64,000 bases of DNA from Desulfobacterales bacterium (GCA_963668645.2 CAXXWC010000015.1:120074-184073), one strand, 5' to 3'. Counted from the first letter of the stretch, positions 1-10,076 are shown. Notes: generated from the letters alone by a model not told the origin. Program-made: numbers and translations.

Positions 1-1222
1 TCTGCAGCCGGTCGGGATCGGGAAACCCCATCAACGGGTCGTGGCGGTAGGCGATGTAAGCCTTGACCGGATAAGGATCGTCCGTATCCATGGCCTTAAA
101 GAGCAGATGGGCCAGCCCGGGCCCGGTCTCGAACTGGGGATAGCGCCATCCGACCCCGTCGGCTCTTTTCTCCTTGGGCTTTGGATAAAGATCCATGAAT
201 TTTTTCAACCCCTTGGCCCCCACAGCGGCAGGGCTGTTGACCAGGGGAAGCCCCCCCTTGGCCCCGTGAGCACCCAGCAGGGCGTTGATAATGTAGATCG
301 AACGGCACACGTAAAAAGAATCGGTGTAACGGGCTGCCATCCACCCCGGATGCCAGATCACCGAAGGTGCGGCGGCTGCAAGGTCCCGGACCAAGGCGTG
401 GAGTTGATGGGCCGGGATCCCGGTCTGAGCTTCGGCCCATTCGGGGGTATACGGCTCAACGAAGGTTCGCAGGCGGTCGATGTCGGCGATGAAGCGTTCG
501 GCAAAATCCTGGTCATAGACCCGGCGTTGGAGGATTTCGCGGATCACGGCCAGGTTGAAGGCGTAGTCGGTACCCGGCCGGATCATCATAAAACGGCCGG
601 CCTTGTATGCCGACACGTTGGCGCGGATGTCGATCACCGTCAGACCGCAGCCGTTTTCCATGGCCGCCATCAGGTTGTTGACCTCCTGGACGGCCACGGC
701 TTCGAAGATGTTCCGGAACTGGAGCACGACATGGCGTGCATTTTTGAAATCGTAGGCCACCCCTTTGCGGCCCAGGCCGGTGAGCGACAGGTGGGCGTGG
801 TGAATGTTGCGCGCGCAGGATGCATCGTGGTTGCAGTAGTTGGGCGTGCCCAGGCCGCGCAGGAAAGCCCGGCGGTAATCGCGGAACGGGCCGCCGCGGT
901 CCGACAGGGCCACCGTTTGGGGGCCGTGGCAATCCATGAGAGTCTTGAGCCGCTCGGCCACATAGTCCAGCGCTTCGTCCCATGAGGCGCGGCGCCACTT
1001 GCCCTCGCCGCGCTCTCCCGTGCGGATCAAGGGGGTCTGGGGTCTTTCCGAATCATTGACCAGGGCCAGGCCGGCAGCACCGCGTGCGCACAGGGACCCT
1101 TCCATTCCGGAAGCATGCGGGTTTCCCTGGAGCGTCCGCACCTGCCCCCTGGAAACGGTGGCCTGAATGGGGCAACGGACAGTGCACATACCGCAGATAC
1201 TGTAAATTTCTTTAAGATCCAT
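1..1222 (-). CDS. Molybdopterin-dependent oxidoreductase, PsrA/PhsA-like catalytic subunit (partial, runs off left edge)
   Basis: Not in the ORF track; translated by hand from ATG 1222 (RBS AAAGGAG): MDLKEIYSICGMCTVRCP...SLCARG...PLIRTGERGEGKWRRASWDEALD...NHDASC...IRPGTDYA. CxxCxxxC..C Fe-S motif and DMSO-reductase-family signatures. Confidence 0.88.
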   Translation of the reverse strand, partial: MDLKEIYSICGMCTVRCPIQATVSRGQVRTLQGNPHASGMEGSLCARGAAGLALVNDSERPQTPLIRTGERGEGKWRRASWDEALDYVAERLKTLMDCHGPQTVALSDRGGPFRDYRRAFLRGLGTPNYCNHDASCARNIHHAHLSLTGLGRKGVAYDFKNARHVVLQFRNIFEAVAVQEVNNLMAAMENGCGLTVIDIRANVSAYKAGRFMMIRPGTDYAFNLAVIREILQRRVYDQDFAERFIADIDRLRTFVEPYTPEWAEAQTGIPAHQLHALVRDLAAAAPSVIWHPGWMAARYTDSFYVCRSIYIINALLGAHGAKGGLPLVNSPAAVGAKGLKKFMDLYPKPKEKRADGVGWRYPQFETGPGLAHLLFKAMDTDDPYPVKAYIAYRHDPLMGFPDPDRLQ

Positions 1223-1272
1223 ACGCTTCTCCTTTATCGATTTCGACGGCTCGAAAGAACCGGTCGAGTTTT

Positions 1273-1296
1273 CGTTATGTCAATATTGACACATCG
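1273..1296. promoter_or_regulatory. Putative ModE operator
   Basis: CGTTATGT-caatattg-ACACATCG palindrome, about 50 bp upstream of the molybdoenzyme and near a ModE-like gene; fits the ModE architecture CGTTATAT-N8-ACATAACG as recalled. Confidence 0.6.
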
Positions 1297-1728
1297 GCAA
1301 GAAATTTTTTTGGCATCCACCAGATCCTGCTGCTGCTTCACAGACTTTGGGGCGATCGGTTGGCATGGCTCTGCCCGCTAAACGACGAATCTTTCGTCCC
1401 AGGGGGCTGAAGACTGCAAAAAGGATCGATATGAGCAAGGTGTCATGCACGATGTTGTGGCTTTTGGCGAATTTTCCATTGGGCGGATAGGCCCCGATCA
1501 AAGATAAAAAATTATGTCATACCCCCCCCCATAACACAATACAAGCCCGTAAATTCCTACTCGAATCATCCGATTTCTGATACGTACCCCCAACAACCGC
1601 AAATGCCACCACAATCTCCACGCCCGCAGCGGCAAAAGCGGAGGATTCGGTTTTTTGTGGTATGGATCAGGACGGAATCGAAAACGATTCTTTCCGATAG
1701 CATCGTTGCCCAAAAAAGGATTACCGAT

Positions 1729-2103
1729 ATGCCGGGCCAGGACTTTTCCGTCCGCTCGAAGATCTGGATCGTCGATGCCTGCGGGCAGGTGGTATTCGGC
1801 CTGGGGCGGCTGAAAATACTCGAAGCGGTGCAACGCAACGGCTCCATCCAGGCGGCGGCCACTGAATTGAAGATGAGCTACCGGGCCGTCTGGGGCCGGA
1901 TCAAGGCCACCGAAGAACGCCTCGGCCAGCCGCTGCTGGTGCGCAACATCGGTGGAGCGGCCGGCGGCGGCTCCTGCCTGACCCCCTTTGCCGAAGCCCT
2001 GGTGGAAAGCTTCAAGCAACTGCACCGGGAGGTTGCCGAAAACGCCGACCGCCGCTTCGCGCGCCAATTCAAGGAGCTGCTGAAACGGTTCGCCACCCCC
2101 TGA
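1729..2103 (+). CDS. ModE-family winged-helix regulator (N-terminal domain only)
   Basis: FGLGRLKILEAVQRNGSIQAAATELKMSYRAVWGRI...GGAAGGGSCLT; 124 aa; RBS AAAGGA before ATG 1729. Confidence 0.88.
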   Translation: MPGQDFSVRSKIWIVDACGQVVFGLGRLKILEAVQRNGSIQAAATELKMSYRAVWGRIKATEERLGQPLLVRNIGGAAGGGSCLTPFAEALVESFKQLHREVAENADRRFARQFKELLKRFATP

Positions 2104-2383
2104 AGGATCACACCCGCCCGATCGCCCCACCGTTTTTACCCGGAAATTTTCGGTGAACCCGGGATGTTTTCTCCTCCCCGAAGAGCGGAAGCGTTGACCT
2201 CGACACAGCGACCCTCCCTTCGATGACATTGAATATCAGTGATGATAGGCGTTCATTGACGGCGGCATAGCCTCCGGAAACTGAATTTCATCTTTTTGGT
2301 TTGTTTTAATCATCAAATATGTCGTTTTTATAACTTAAAATAGCGTTTTAACAGTACATTACTTTCTTTAATCATTACATTAA

Positions 2384-2412
2384 TTGACTTGACCGGTCAT
2401 TCTATGCATAGT
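2384..2412 (+). promoter_or_regulatory. Putative sigma70 promoter of the aldehyde oxidoreductase operon
   Basis: TTGACT-N17-CATAGT within an AT-rich intergenic region. Confidence 0.35.
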
Positions 2413-2514
2413 AGTTACTGGATGTAATTTCATGTAATTAACAGGTGGTATTTTCGCTAGCCAATCAACAACTTTCGATACATACCCTAAAATACGTCGC
2501 CGGGGTTTCTTCCC

Positions 2515-3540
2515 ATGATCAAAACCATCCCCGTCGAGCAGGCCGTCGGCACCGTCCTTTGCCATGACATCACCCGCATCGTACCGGGTCAGAGCAAGGG
2601 ACCGGCCTACCGAAAAGGGCACATCATCACGGCCGAGGACGTACCGGTTCTGCTCAAGATAGGCAAAGAGCACGTCTTTGTGCTGGAAATGCCCCCGGAC
2701 CACGTCCATGAGGACAAAGCGGCCCGGAGGCTTGCCGCGGCGGCCGCCGGTCCCGGGATCCGCCTGGACGAGCCTTCCGAGGGAAAAGTCAATCTCATCG
2801 CCGAAGCTGACGGTCTGCTTTGCATCAACGTGGCGGCCCTCGACGCCCTCAACAGCATCGAAGACGTGGTTTTCGGCACCCTTCACACCCACATCATGGT
2901 CAAGGCCGGCCAGCTTGTGGCAGGCACCCGGGTCGTACCGCTGATCTTCGAGGAACGCAGACTTTTCGAAGCCGAGAGCCTCTGCCGGCGCCAGGGCCCC
3001 ATCGTGACGGTCGCACCTTTCCGCAGCTGGGCGGTGGGCATGGTCACCACCGGCAGTGAAGTCTATCACGGTCGGATCCAGGACGCCTTCGGACCGGCGG
3101 TGCGCGTCAAATTCGAGAGTCTCGGCAGCCGCATTACCCGCCAGATCCTGGTCTCCGACAGTCTGGTCAAGACCGTTGCCGCCATCAAGGAGCTGATCGC
3201 CGAAGGGGCCGAGATGGTGGTGCTCACCGGCGGCATGTCAGTGGATCCGGACGACCAGACCCCGGCAAGCATTCGGGCCACCGGAGCCGAGGTGATCAGT
3301 TACGGGGCCCCGGTTTTCCCCGGTGCCATGTTCATGCTGGCCTATCTGGGAGACGTGCCCATTCTGGGGTTGCCCGGCTGCGTGATGTACTACCAGGCGT
3401 CGATTTTTGACCTGATCGTGCCGCGCCTGCTTGCCGGCCAACGCATCATGCGCCGGGATATCGTGGCGCTGGGCCACGGAGGGTTCTGCGCCGGGTGCGC
3501 CGCCTGCCGCTACCCGGTCTGCGGTTTCGGCAAGAACTGA
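2515..3540 (+). CDS. Molybdopterin-binding (MoeA/MogA-like) protein with C-terminal Cys cluster
   Basis: HDITRIVPG, TTGSEV, TGGMSVDPDDQT, GLPGC; ends CxxCxxCxYPxCGFGK. Confidence 0.88.
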   Translation: MIKTIPVEQAVGTVLCHDITRIVPGQSKGPAYRKGHIITAEDVPVLLKIGKEHVFVLEMPPDHVHEDKAARRLAAAAAGPGIRLDEPSEGKVNLIAEADGLLCINVAALDALNSIEDVVFGTLHTHIMVKAGQLVAGTRVVPLIFEERRLFEAESLCRRQGPIVTVAPFRSWAVGMVTTGSEVYHGRIQDAFGPAVRVKFESLGSRITRQILVSDSLVKTVAAIKELIAEGAEMVVLTGGMSVDPDDQTPASIRATGAEVISYGAPVFPGAMFMLAYLGDVPILGLPGCVMYYQASIFDLIVPRLLAGQRIMRRDIVALGHGGFCAGCAACRYPVCGFGKN

Positions 3541-3605
3541 CTTCCATCCGGCACTCGACAGGTGCCGCCCGTCCCTTCAAACCCATCGACCAAAGGGGGA
3601 ATGCA

Positions 3606-6323
3606 ATGATTTCCAAGGTTGTCCATTTAAACGGCAGTCCCAAGACGCTCATTGCACCGGCCGATGCGACTCTGGCCACCGTGCTGCGCGAACAGCTCGG
3701 CCTGACCGGCACCAAGGTCGGCTGCGGCCAGGGCCAGTGCGGCGCCTGCAGCGTAATCCTGGACGGTAAACTGGTCCGCTCCTGCGTCACCAAGTTGTCG
3801 CGGGTAAACGAGGGGGCCGCCATCACCACCATCGAGGGGATTGGAACGCCGGATCACCTCCATCCACTGCAGCTCGCCTGGATCGCCCACGGGGGGGCCC
3901 AGTGCGGTTTTTGCAGCCCGGGCTTTATCGTCTCGGCCAAGGCCCTGCTCGACGAAAAACCCAACCCCTCACGGGACGAAATCCGCGACTGGTTTCAGAA
4001 ACACCGCAACGCCTGCCGCTGCACCGGCTACAAACAGCTCGTGGATGCGGTCACCGACGCGGCCAAGGTACTGCGCGGTGAAATGAGCGCCGACGAACTC
4101 GTCTTCAAGGTCCCGGCGGACAACCGCATCTGGGGTACCAAGTATCCGCGCCCCACTGCGGTGGCCAAGGTAACCGGGACCCTGGACTACGGCGGCGATC
4201 TGGGCCTCAAGCTGCCCGACGACGCGCTCCACCTGGCCCTGGTCCAGGCTGAGGTGTCCCACGCCAACATCCGGGGCGTCGACACCAGCGAGGCGGAAAA
4301 GATGCCCGGGGTTTTCAAGGTCGTCACCTGCAAGGACGTCAAGGGCAAAAACCGCATCACCGGCTTGATCACCTTCCCCACCAACAAGGGTGACGGCTGG
4401 GATCGGCCGATCCTGTGCGACGAGAAAGTCTTCCAGTACGGCGATGCCATCGCCATCGTCTGCGCCGACTCGGCGGCCAACGCCAAGGCGGCCGCAGCCA
4501 AGGTCAAGGTCGACCTGGAACCGCTGCCAGCCTACATGAGCGCACCGGCGGCCATGGCCGACGACGCCATCGAAATCCACCCGGGCACCCCCAACGTCTA
4601 CTACACCCAGAAGATCGCCAAGGGACCCGAGACCCAACCGATCTTCGATCAGGCCGCCGTGGTGGTCGAAGACGACTTTTATGTGGGGCGCCAGCCGCAC
4701 ATGCCCATCGAGCCGGACGTCGGTTTTGCCTACCAGAACAAAGACGGCCAGCTCGTGATCCATTCCAAGTCCATCGGGCTGCACCTGCATGCAGCCATGA
4801 TCGCCCCTGGCCTGGGGGTCGAGTTGGACAAGCTGGTCATGGTGCAGAACCCGGCCGGCGGCACCTTCGGCTACAAGTTCAGCCCCACCATGGAGGCCCT
4901 GGTGGGCGCGGCCTGCCTGGCCACCGGGCGGCCGGTCTTTTTATGCTACGACTATCAGCAGCAGATGGCCTACACCGGTAAACGGTCGCCGTTTTTCGTC
5001 AACATGCGAATGGCCGCCGACCCGGACGGCAAACTACTCGCCATGGAAACCGACTGGTCAGTGGACCATGGCCCCTACTCAGAGTTCGGCGATCTGCTCA
5101 CCTTGCGCGGGGCCCAGTTCATGGGCTCCGGCTACGATATCCCGTCCATCCGCGGCGAGGGGCGTACCGTGTGCACCAACCACGCCTGGGGTTCTGCCTT
5201 CCGGGCCTACGGCGCACCCCAGAGCGAGTTCTCCTCGGAAGTGCTGATGGACGAGCTGGCCGAAAAACTCGGCATGGATCCGCTGGAGCTGCGCTACAAG
5301 AACGTCTACCGGCCCGGGGCCACCTCACCCACCGGCCAGGCACCTGAGGTCTACTCGCTTCCTGAAATGATCGACCTGCTGCGGCCCAGGTACCAGGCGG
5401 CTCTGGCCAAGGCCAAGGCCGAATCGGCCAACGGGATCAAGAAGGGGGTCGGCATATCCGTGGGGGTCTACGGCTGCGGTCTGGACGGCCCGGACGGTTC
5501 CGAGGCCTGGCTTGAACTCAACCCAGACGACACGGTGACGGTCTACTCCTGCTGGGAGGACCACGGCCAGGGAGCCGACGCCGGATCCCTCGGCACGGCC
5601 TTCGAGGCGCTGCGGGTCACCGGACTGCCCCCGGACAAGGTGCGGCTGGTGATGAACGACACCAGCAAGGCTCCGGCCTCGGGACCGGCGGGCGGCAGCC
5701 GTTCCCAGGTGGTCACCGGCCAGGCGATCAAAAACGGCGCCGAGGCCCTGGTGGCCGCCATGAAAAAGCCGGACGGCTCCTACCGCACCTATGCCGAGAT
5801 GCAGGCCGACAAGATTCCCACCCGCTACACCGGCAAATGGACCGCCCCGGCGAGCAACTGCGACGAAAACAGCCAGGGCGCCCCCTTTTCCGTTTACATG
5901 TACGGGGTGTTCATGGCCGAGGTGGCCGTTGAAGCGGCCAGCGGCAAGACCAGTGTGGAGAAGATGACCCTGGTGGCCGACGTGGGCCAGATCAACAACC
6001 GCCTGGTGGTGGACGGCCAGCTTTACGGCGGCATGGCCCAGGGCATAGGCCTGGCCCTGACCGAAGACTACGAGGATCTCAAAAAGCACTCGACCCTGGC
6101 CGGAGCGGGCTTTCCCTACATCAAGCAGATCCCCGACGACATGGAGCTGATCTACGTCGAGAGCCCGCGCCCCGCAGGACCTTTCGGCGCCGGCGGAGTG
6201 GGCGAGCTGCCCCTGACCAGCCCTCACGCGGCGGTGATCAACGCCATCAACAATGCCTGCGGCGCCAGGGTGACCCGGCTTCCGGCCCTGCCGGAAAAAG
6301 TGCTGGCCGCCATGCCGAAGTAG
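3606..6323 (+). CDS. mop: Molybdopterin-dependent aldehyde oxidoreductase (MOP type, xanthine oxidase family)
   Basis: 905 aa; two [2Fe-2S] motifs (GCGQGQCGAC..C and QCGFC..CRC), GGTFGYK, AFRAYG, GVGELP; no FAD domain. Confidence 0.95.
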   Translation: MISKVVHLNGSPKTLIAPADATLATVLREQLGLTGTKVGCGQGQCGACSVILDGKLVRSCVTKLSRVNEGAAITTIEGIGTPDHLHPLQLAWIAHGGAQCGFCSPGFIVSAKALLDEKPNPSRDEIRDWFQKHRNACRCTGYKQLVDAVTDAAKVLRGEMSADELVFKVPADNRIWGTKYPRPTAVAKVTGTLDYGGDLGLKLPDDALHLALVQAEVSHANIRGVDTSEAEKMPGVFKVVTCKDVKGKNRITGLITFPTNKGDGWDRPILCDEKVFQYGDAIAIVCADSAANAKAAAAKVKVDLEPLPAYMSAPAAMADDAIEIHPGTPNVYYTQKIAKGPETQPIFDQAAVVVEDDFYVGRQPHMPIEPDVGFAYQNKDGQLVIHSKSIGLHLHAAMIAPGLGVELDKLVMVQNPAGGTFGYKFSPTMEALVGAACLATGRPVFLCYDYQQQMAYTGKRSPFFVNMRMAADPDGKLLAMETDWSVDHGPYSEFGDLLTLRGAQFMGSGYDIPSIRGEGRTVCTNHAWGSAFRAYGAPQSEFSSEVLMDELAEKLGMDPLELRYKNVYRPGATSPTGQAPEVYSLPEMIDLLRPRYQAALAKAKAESANGIKKGVGISVGVYGCGLDGPDGSEAWLELNPDDTVTVYSCWEDHGQGADAGSLGTAFEALRVTGLPPDKVRLVMNDTSKAPASGPAGGSRSQVVTGQAIKNGAEALVAAMKKPDGSYRTYAEMQADKIPTRYTGKWTAPASNCDENSQGAPFSVYMYGVFMAEVAVEAASGKTSVEKMTLVADVGQINNRLVVDGQLYGGMAQGIGLALTEDYEDLKKHSTLAGAGFPYIKQIPDDMELIYVESPRPAGPFGAGGVGELPLTSPHAAVINAINNACGARVTRLPALPEKVLAAMPK

Positions 6324-6344
6324 CAGTGCAGTGACTCTGTCCAA

Positions 6345-6386
6345 GAAAGGCGAACCCGCGGGACATCATCGCCGGGTTCGCCTTTC
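6345..6386 (+). terminator. Intercistronic hairpin after mop
   Basis: Perfect 14-bp stem GAAAGGCGAACCCG / CGGGTTCGCCTTTC; weak U-tract. Confidence 0.55.
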
Positions 6387-6410
6387 CCGGTTCAATCGCT
6401 TCCTTTTATC

Positions 6411-8672
6411 ATGGACCAACAAACCCTTCGCGATCTGGAACGCCGCTGCATCCAGGAGGAGCCACCCCCTTGCCGGGCGGCCTGCCCACTGCATGTCGAC
6501 GCCCGTACCCTGACCGGCTGCATCGCCGCCGGCGACTGGGCCGGTGCCTGGCGGGTGCTGCGCCGGACCATGCCGCTGGCACCCGTTCTGGGGCGGATCT
6601 GCGATGCCCCCTGTGAAACGGAATGCAAGCGCACCGGGGCTGGAGGGGCAATCCGCATCGGCGCCCTGGAACGGGCCTGCGTGCAAACGCCCGAGCCCTC
6701 AGCGCCCCGGCCGTTGCGGCCGCCGGACCGCGACCGGTCGGTGGCCGTCTGCGGCAGCGGACTCGCCGGTCTGACGGCCGCCTGGGACCTTGCCCGCAAA
6801 GGCTGGCGGGTGGAAATCTTCGAGCCGGGAGGGCACCTCGGTGCACCGCTGTCAGGATTCGATACCGAACTTCTCCCGCCGCAGGTCGTGGCAGCCGAGG
6901 CAGCCGCGGTCGGCAGGCTGCTGCGGGCGGTCCATCTCGAGGCCGACTTCGGCCCGTCTTCGGCCCCGGCCGATATCCGCCAGCGCTTTGATGCCGTTTT
7001 TCTCGATCTTGGAGTGGTGGCTCCGGGCCCTTGGGGGACCATCGATGAGACGTCCGGCCTGTTTACCGGCGGAAAGGACGATTCCCCGGTGATCCAGGCC
7101 GCCCAAGGACGCTGGGCCGCCACCGCCATCGACCGCTTCCTGCAAGAGGTCTCTATCACCGCCGGCCGGGAAGGTGAAGGCCCCCGGGGGACACGGCTTT
7201 TCGTCAACCTGGATGGCGTATCCTTGGCGCAGCCCGTGGCCATGGCCGATCCGCAAGCCGGCTTCAGCCCGGAAGAGGCCGTGCGCGAGGCAGAACGCTG
7301 CCTCCAGTGCCAATGCCTCGAATGCGTCAAGGTCTGCGCCTATCTCGAACACTTCAAGGCCTACCCGCGCACGTACGCCCGCGAAATCTACAACAACGCC
7401 GCCATCGTCATGGGCGCCCGCCAGGCCAACCGTCTGATCAACAGTTGCAGCCTCTGCGGACTGTGCGAAGAAGTCTGCCCCGAAGACTTCGCCATGGCCG
7501 AGCTCTGCCTGAAAGCCCGCCAGCACATGGTGGACCGGGGCAGGATGCCTCCCTCGGCCCATGAGTTTGCCCTGCTGGACATGGAATTCAGCCTCAGTGA
7601 CCGCTTCGCCCTGGCCCGCCATGCCCCGGGCAGCGACCGCAGCACCCATCTCTTTTTCCCCGGCTGCCAGCTCTGCGCTTCGGCCCCTGAACAGATCCGG
7701 CCGGTATACGACTATTTGCGCCGCAGCCTGGACGGTCCGGTGGGATTGATGCTCGGCTGCTGCGGCGCCCCGGCCCACTGGGCCGGCCGCAGGGCCCTAT
7801 ACGAGGGCGTGCGCGCCGACTGGCAACGCCAGTGGGAAACGATGGGACGCCCTGAGCTTATCCTGGCCTGCGCCACCTGCCTGGACATGTTCGGCGAGCA
7901 CCTGCCCGAGGTGCCGGTGCGATCCTTGTGGCAGGTCATGGCCGATAAGCCGCTGCCGTCCGCCGGCGCCAGTCTTGTCGCAGGCCCCCTGGCGGTTCAC
8001 GACCCCTGCACCACCCGCCGCCTGCCGGCCGTGCAGCAGGCGGTGCGCCGCATCCTGGCAGGTTATGGAATGGCAACGGTGGAACTCGATCTTGGCCGCG
8101 AGCGGACCGAGTGCTGCGGATTCGGCGGCCTGATGCAAAACGCCAATCCCCCGCTGGCCGCCGAAACGGTCCAGCGCCGGGCCCAACGCAGCCCCCACGA
8201 CTATCTGGCCTACTGCGCCATGTGCCGCGACAACCTGGCCAGCACCGGCAAGCGGGCCGTTCACCTGCTCGATCTTTATTTCCCGCCGGCAGGCGCCACC
8301 GATCCGGCCGCCCGGCCCCGTCCGGGGTGGTCCCGGCGCCGTGACCACCGCGAGTGGCTGCGCCGCGAACTGCTTGAAACACTCTGGCACGAAGAGGTCG
8401 ACCTTATGGAAGACTATCGCCGACTGACTCTCGAGATGGATGCAGAGGTCCGCGAACGACTCGAATCGCGCCGCATCCTCATCGAGGACCTGCAGCAGGT
8501 CATCCATCAAGCCGAAGCCACCGGCCAGTCTCTGGTCCACCCGGACAGCGGCCGGATCAAGGCGGCCCGCCGCCTGGGCCGCGTCACCTTCTGGGTCGAG
8601 TACGCCCCGGCCGGAGAGGATCGCTACGCGGTCTTCAACGCCTACAGCCATCGCATGGAGGTGGTTCGCTGA
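6411..8672 (+). CDS. Pyridine nucleotide-disulfide oxidoreductase/dicluster-binding protein (GltD-like N-terminus, ferredoxin, CCG domains)
   Basis: PCRAACP, GRICDAPCETEC, GSGLAG, RCLQCQCLECVKVC, CSLCGLCEEVCP, FFPGC, CCG twice, HDPC. Confidence 0.85.
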   Translation: MDQQTLRDLERRCIQEEPPPCRAACPLHVDARTLTGCIAAGDWAGAWRVLRRTMPLAPVLGRICDAPCETECKRTGAGGAIRIGALERACVQTPEPSAPRPLRPPDRDRSVAVCGSGLAGLTAAWDLARKGWRVEIFEPGGHLGAPLSGFDTELLPPQVVAAEAAAVGRLLRAVHLEADFGPSSAPADIRQRFDAVFLDLGVVAPGPWGTIDETSGLFTGGKDDSPVIQAAQGRWAATAIDRFLQEVSITAGREGEGPRGTRLFVNLDGVSLAQPVAMADPQAGFSPEEAVREAERCLQCQCLECVKVCAYLEHFKAYPRTYAREIYNNAAIVMGARQANRLINSCSLCGLCEEVCPEDFAMAELCLKARQHMVDRGRMPPSAHEFALLDMEFSLSDRFALARHAPGSDRSTHLFFPGCQLCASAPEQIRPVYDYLRRSLDGPVGLMLGCCGAPAHWAGRRALYEGVRADWQRQWETMGRPELILACATCLDMFGEHLPEVPVRSLWQVMADKPLPSAGASLVAGPLAVHDPCTTRRLPAVQQAVRRILAGYGMATVELDLGRERTECCGFGGLMQNANPPLAAETVQRRAQRSPHDYLAYCAMCRDNLASTGKRAVHLLDLYFPPAGATDPAARPRPGWSRRRDHREWLRRELLETLWHEEVDLMEDYRRLTLEMDAEVRERLESRRILIEDLQQVIHQAEATGQSLVHPDSGRIKAARRLGRVTFWVEYAPAGEDRYAVFNAYSHRMEVVR

Positions 8673-8884
8673 TGAAAGAGCGCTTTACCGGTCCGCAAGA
8701 CCTGGGCTGGAAGTGCCGCCGCTGCGACGTGCCCCTGGAGATCAGGCCGGTCACCATGGCCTACATGGACCAGGAATTCAGCGCGGAGCTGGCCCGCTGC
8801 CCGCGCTGCGGGTTTGTTCTGGTCAGCGAACAGCTGGCCCTGGGCAAGATGGCCGAGGTGGAACAGATATTGGAAGACAAATAA
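8672..8884 (+). CDS. Small CxxC..CxxC protein (DVU_1557-like)
   Basis: WKCRRC...CPRCG...GKMAEVEQILEDK; translationally coupled to the upstream gene. Confidence 0.8.
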   Translation: MKERFTGPQDLGWKCRRCDVPLEIRPVTMAYMDQEFSAELARCPRCGFVLVSEQLALGKMAEVEQILEDK

Positions 8885-8905
8885 GCCGTCGGACATTTTT
8901 TGGCC

Positions 8906-9604
8906 ATGCCACCGAACCGTTCTATCCCGGACCATGACGGTCGGCCGAATTCTTACGAATCGCCCGCTTTGCGCGCCGTTACGGGTCCGACCCTCCGGCC
9001 CGGCGGGTTGGATCTGACCCGCCGCGCCGTTTCGTTCTGCCGCCCCCCGGCCGGGGCCCGGATCCTGGACATCGGCTGCGGGCTGGCAGCCACCGTGGCC
9101 TGGCTGCACGAGCAGGGATGGACCGGAGCCGTAGGCCTCGATCGCTCATCGCTGCTTTTGGCCGGGCGCGATCCTCTGCATGCCGGGCTGCCCCTGGTCC
9201 AGGCCGATGCCGTGCATCTCCCTTTTGCCGGCCGGTGCTTCGATCTGGTGCTGGCCGAATGCGTGCTCTCACTGATGGCCGAACCGGCACGGATGCTGGC
9301 CGAATGCCGCCGGGTGATGACGGCCGGCGCGAGCCTGGTGATAACGGATCTTTACCGCAAGGGGAGCTGGATCGCCGTGCCGCAAGAGCGCCACTCCTCT
9401 TACGGATGCCTGTCCGGGGCCTGCTCCAGAGCGCAAATGGAGGAACTGGCAGGCCGGGCGAAATTCGAAGCGACGATTTGGGAGGACCACAGCCACCGGC
9501 TTAGACGCCTGGCCGCGGATCTGGTCTGGTCCGGTGGATCACTGACTTCTTTACGGCCTGAGGGTGCCGGACGGCTCGGATTCTGCCTCACCGTCTGGCG
9601 CTGA
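8906..9604 (+). CDS. Class I SAM methyltransferase (DVU_1556/TrsM-like)
   Basis: TLRPGGLDLT, ILDIGCGLA, AECVLS. Confidence 0.82.
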   Translation: MPPNRSIPDHDGRPNSYESPALRAVTGPTLRPGGLDLTRRAVSFCRPPAGARILDIGCGLAATVAWLHEQGWTGAVGLDRSSLLLAGRDPLHAGLPLVQADAVHLPFAGRCFDLVLAECVLSLMAEPARMLAECRRVMTAGASLVITDLYRKGSWIAVPQERHSSYGCLSGACSRAQMEELAGRAKFEATIWEDHSHRLRRLAADLVWSGGSLTSLRPEGAGRLGFCLTVWR

Positions 9605-9617
9605 AAGGATCTTGACC

Positions 9618-10076
9618 ATGGATGAGCGAACCATCGAGATGATGCGCCTGGCGGCCCGCGGCTATTCCTGCGCCCAGATCATGGTGCTGCTGGCCTTGGC
9701 AGAACGGGGCGAGACCAACCCGGCTCTTGTGCGCGCCATGGCCGGCCTGGCATACGGCGGCGGCGCGGGCGGCGGCACCTGCGGGGTCCTGGCCGGCGCT
9801 TGGTGCCTGATGGGACTATATGCCGGGCGCGGAAACGATGCAGAACCCGAGGCGCCCCAACTGATGCCGATGCTGCAAGAAATCACCGATTGGTTCGAAA
9901 ACCGGATCGGCCGAACCCAGGGCGGCATCACCTGCATGGCCATCACCGGTGAAGACGGGCCGGCCGCCTCCCGCCAGCGCTGCGGCATGCTCGTCGCCGA
10001 GACCTACGCCCGGGTGATGGAAATTCTGATAGGCAATGGTTTGGATCCGGCCGGTAGTCGAGAATCCGAAACTTGA
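9618..10076 (+). CDS. C-GCAxxG-C-C-type redox protein (DVU_1555-like)
   Basis: GYSCAQ, TCGVLAG, ITC, RCG cysteine spacing. Confidence 0.8.
   Translation: MDERTIEMMRLAARGYSCAQIMVLLALAERGETNPALVRAMAGLAYGGGAGGGTCGVLAGAWCLMGLYAGRGNDAEPEAPQLMPMLQEITDWFENRIGRTQGGITCMAITGEDGPAASRQRCGMLVAETYARVMEILIGNGLDPAGSRESET

Noticed and set aside
41..985. 314-aa plus-strand ORF and other long antisense ORFs (e.g. 38802-40829, 41033-43744, 49088-52078, 55840-58200)
   Set aside because: Shadow ORFs opposite real genes, expected in high-GC DNA; no recognisable motifs.
1512..1535. TTATGT...CATAAC as a second ModE box
   Set aside because: Spacing is too long and crosses a C9 homopolymer of uncertain length.
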